From the NCBI GenBank assembly GCA_964644785.1, contig CAZXXP010000050.1, positions 5,871 to 12,460 on the forward strand: DNA of 6,590 nucleotides, written 5' to 3'. Positions 5,370-6,590 of this stretch are shown piece by piece. This DNA comes from an uncultured Nitrosopumilales archaeon. Lineage in GTDB: Archaea; Thermoproteota; Nitrososphaeria; Nitrososphaerales; UBA57. The notes under the pieces are model-generated. The model was not told the origin of the DNA. It did no database searches and worked only from the letters and a program-made list of their open reading frames with translations. Within the stretch, counting starts at the first letter, position 1. The number at the start of each line of letters is the position of its first letter. A program made the position numbers and the translations under genes.

Positions 5370-5552
5370 ACACCATTCTCAGGAATTACTCTTCGTATCC
5401 AAGCAACTTTACAACCATGACTGGCTATAATCTTATCCCGTCTTCGATCAGTCACTTCCTCAAGAGGGTGGCAGCCAACCATTCGGGGATTGTCCCCATA
5501 TTCCTTCTTCGCCCCTACGAGGCGCACCCTTATTCAGAACCCGGGGATTGCC

Positions 5553-6590
5553 TCAAGTTAAGTTCCAAGGAGACAGCTCCTCGTAGGTTATGTTCCTCCT
5601 GAGCATCCAATACGCGTAGGAGACGAGCTTCCTCGCGACGGCTCTGATCGCCTTTCTCTCTCCCCTCTTGTGCTTCAGCCTGGTGTAGAATTCGTTCAGG
5701 TGCGGATCCTTTCTGACTGCCACCCTCGCGCACTCCACCAAGTTCCTTCGAAGCCACTTGTCCCCTTTCTTTGTTATGTGGCCGAGGTGGGTCACGTCCG
5801 CCGACTCGTCCAGCCAAGGGACCAGTCCGAGATAGGCGCACGCATGTTTCGAATCGGGGAAGAGACCTATGTCATCAAACACGCATGCCAAGAAGAGGGC
5901 CGTGTACGGCGCCACACCCGGTAATGTATCCAGGAGCCTCGCCCTCTCGTCCTTGGAGACGATGCCCAGGATCTGAGCATCGAGCTTCGCTATCGTCGAG
6001 TCGACCAGCTCGAGCTCGTCAAGCCTGATCTCTATCTCCTGCAACCGGAGCTCCCTGAGCTTCTTCCTTCCTTCATCGCTGAAAGGAGGAGTATCCACCT
6101 CGATGCCCCTCCTCTTGAGGAGCCACCTTATCGTACCCCTGAGCTCACTCCTCCTCAATCCGTACGTCACCCTGTCGTTCACCACGAACAGCTTCTCCCT
6201 CGTCTCCGCATCGCGCATATGGGCCACGGGCAAATAGTTGGTCCTGAGCAGGTCTCCCAAAACTTTTTTATCATTCCTATCGTTCTTCGTCCCAGACTCC
6301 GATATCAGCCGCAGTCTGCTCGGATTCGCCACCGTGACCGTGCAGTCCTGCATGGATGATAGCTTCTCGTAGATCGGATGTATGAATACTACCGATTCTA
6401 TCGCTATGCGCTTCTCTCCTGGAAGGGAGGATAGGAACTTGCCTAGCTCCTTGGTATGTATCCTCTCTTCCATGACCAGAGAGCCATCCTTCTCAAGGAC
6501 AGCAAGCTGCGATTCCTTCTCGTGCACGTCAACTCCGACATAGAGTACACGATTGCTAACCATGCCCTTCCATTTGGCTCGCTTGTTCAT
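5553..6590 (-). CDS. IS110-family transposase/recombinase (DEDD RuvC-like N-domain plus C-terminal Tnp domain)
   Basis: 345-aa track ORF. Family hallmarks are YVGVDVHEK (D21, codon 6530-6528), IAIESVV (E65) and KNDRNDKKVLGDLL (D104, D107), which make up the DEDD tetrad. After a coiled-coil region come LPGVAPYTALFL, AYLGLVPWLDESAD (candidate catalytic Ser263) and HITKKGDKWLRRNL. The ATG at 6590-6588 is the very last triplet of the window. Met10 (6563) is an equally plausible start because it lies closer to the VGVDVH motif. Confidence 0.9.
   Translation of the reverse strand: MNKRAKWKGMVSNRVLYVGVDVHEKESQLAVLEKDGSLVMEERIHTKELGKFLSSLPGEKRIAIESVVFIHPIYEKLSSMQDCTVTVANPSRLRLISESGTKNDRNDKKVLGDLLRTNYLPVAHMRDAETREKLFVVNDRVTYGLRRSELRGTIRWLLKRRGIEVDTPPFSDEGRKKLRELRLQEIEIRLDELELVDSTIAKLDAQILGIVSKDERARLLDTLPGVAPYTALFLACVFDDIGLFPDSKHACAYLGLVPWLDESADVTHLGHITKKGDKWLRRNLVECARVAVRKDPHLNEFYTRLKHKRGERKAIRAVARKLVSYAYWMLRRNITYEELSPWNLT
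5553..6590 (-). mobile_element. IS110-family insertion sequence, partial view; both termini undefined
   Basis: The recombinase gene appears intact. Hand-counted GC in five 60-nt lines inside it is 32-37 of 60. Sampled lines of the flanking genes and spacer give 24-28 of 60. The left (5') non-coding end is outside the window. The right end lies somewhere at or below 5552 and cannot be placed from a single copy, because IS110-family elements typically lack clear terminal inverted repeats. Confidence 0.6.

Noticed and set aside
5460-5552. 31 sense codons remain open after the recombinase TGA (GNPRVLNKGAPRRGEEGIWGQSPNGWLPPS)
   Set aside because: A short post-stop open stretch is unremarkable. 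The peptide has no motif, and the recombinase already ends after the conserved C-terminal helices.
5417-6028. Track ORFs 5417-5602(+), 5530-5841(-), 5670-5924(+) and 5771-6028(+)
   Set aside because: They are Arg/Pro/Gly-rich shadow frames typical of the higher-GC recombinase gene. All overlap the intact IS110-family ORF.

Overview
Likely an archaeal chromosomal segment, possibly Nitrososphaerota/Thaumarchaeota-like. That placement is inference only. It rests on TATA-like boxes about 25-32 nt upstream of start codons with no Shine-Dalgarno, a helix-anchored binding protein with a Pro/Ala linker, and a membrane-anchored small blue copper protein. The minus strand carries an ABC importer cluster in this order: a signal-less binding-protein paralog (2619-3602), a membrane-anchored binding protein (1396-2547), then a fused two-domain permease (1348 down to the left edge). 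The permease frame is 449 codons and is missing from the supplied ORF track because its stop lies off-window. A type-1 copper cupredoxin (3778-4182) is divergent from the cluster and convergent with a VOC/glyoxalase-fold protein (4312-4692). Next comes about 860 bp (4693-5552) with no credible ORF but dense repeat structure: a 12-mer tandem repeat, a 20-bp inverted-repeat pair bounding a MITE-like unit of about 160 bp, a third solo copy of that arm, and several helices. The window ends with an intact IS110-family DEDD recombinase gene (5553-6590) of visibly higher GC, whose ATG is the last triplet of the window. The best lead is the structured ORF-free DNA directly 3' of the recombinase. It could hold the element's guide RNA (bridge/seek type), its target repeat, or both, but one copy without database or folding tools cannot prove this. 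No rRNA, tRNA or CRISPR array was seen. All other track ORFs are judged shadow ORFs.
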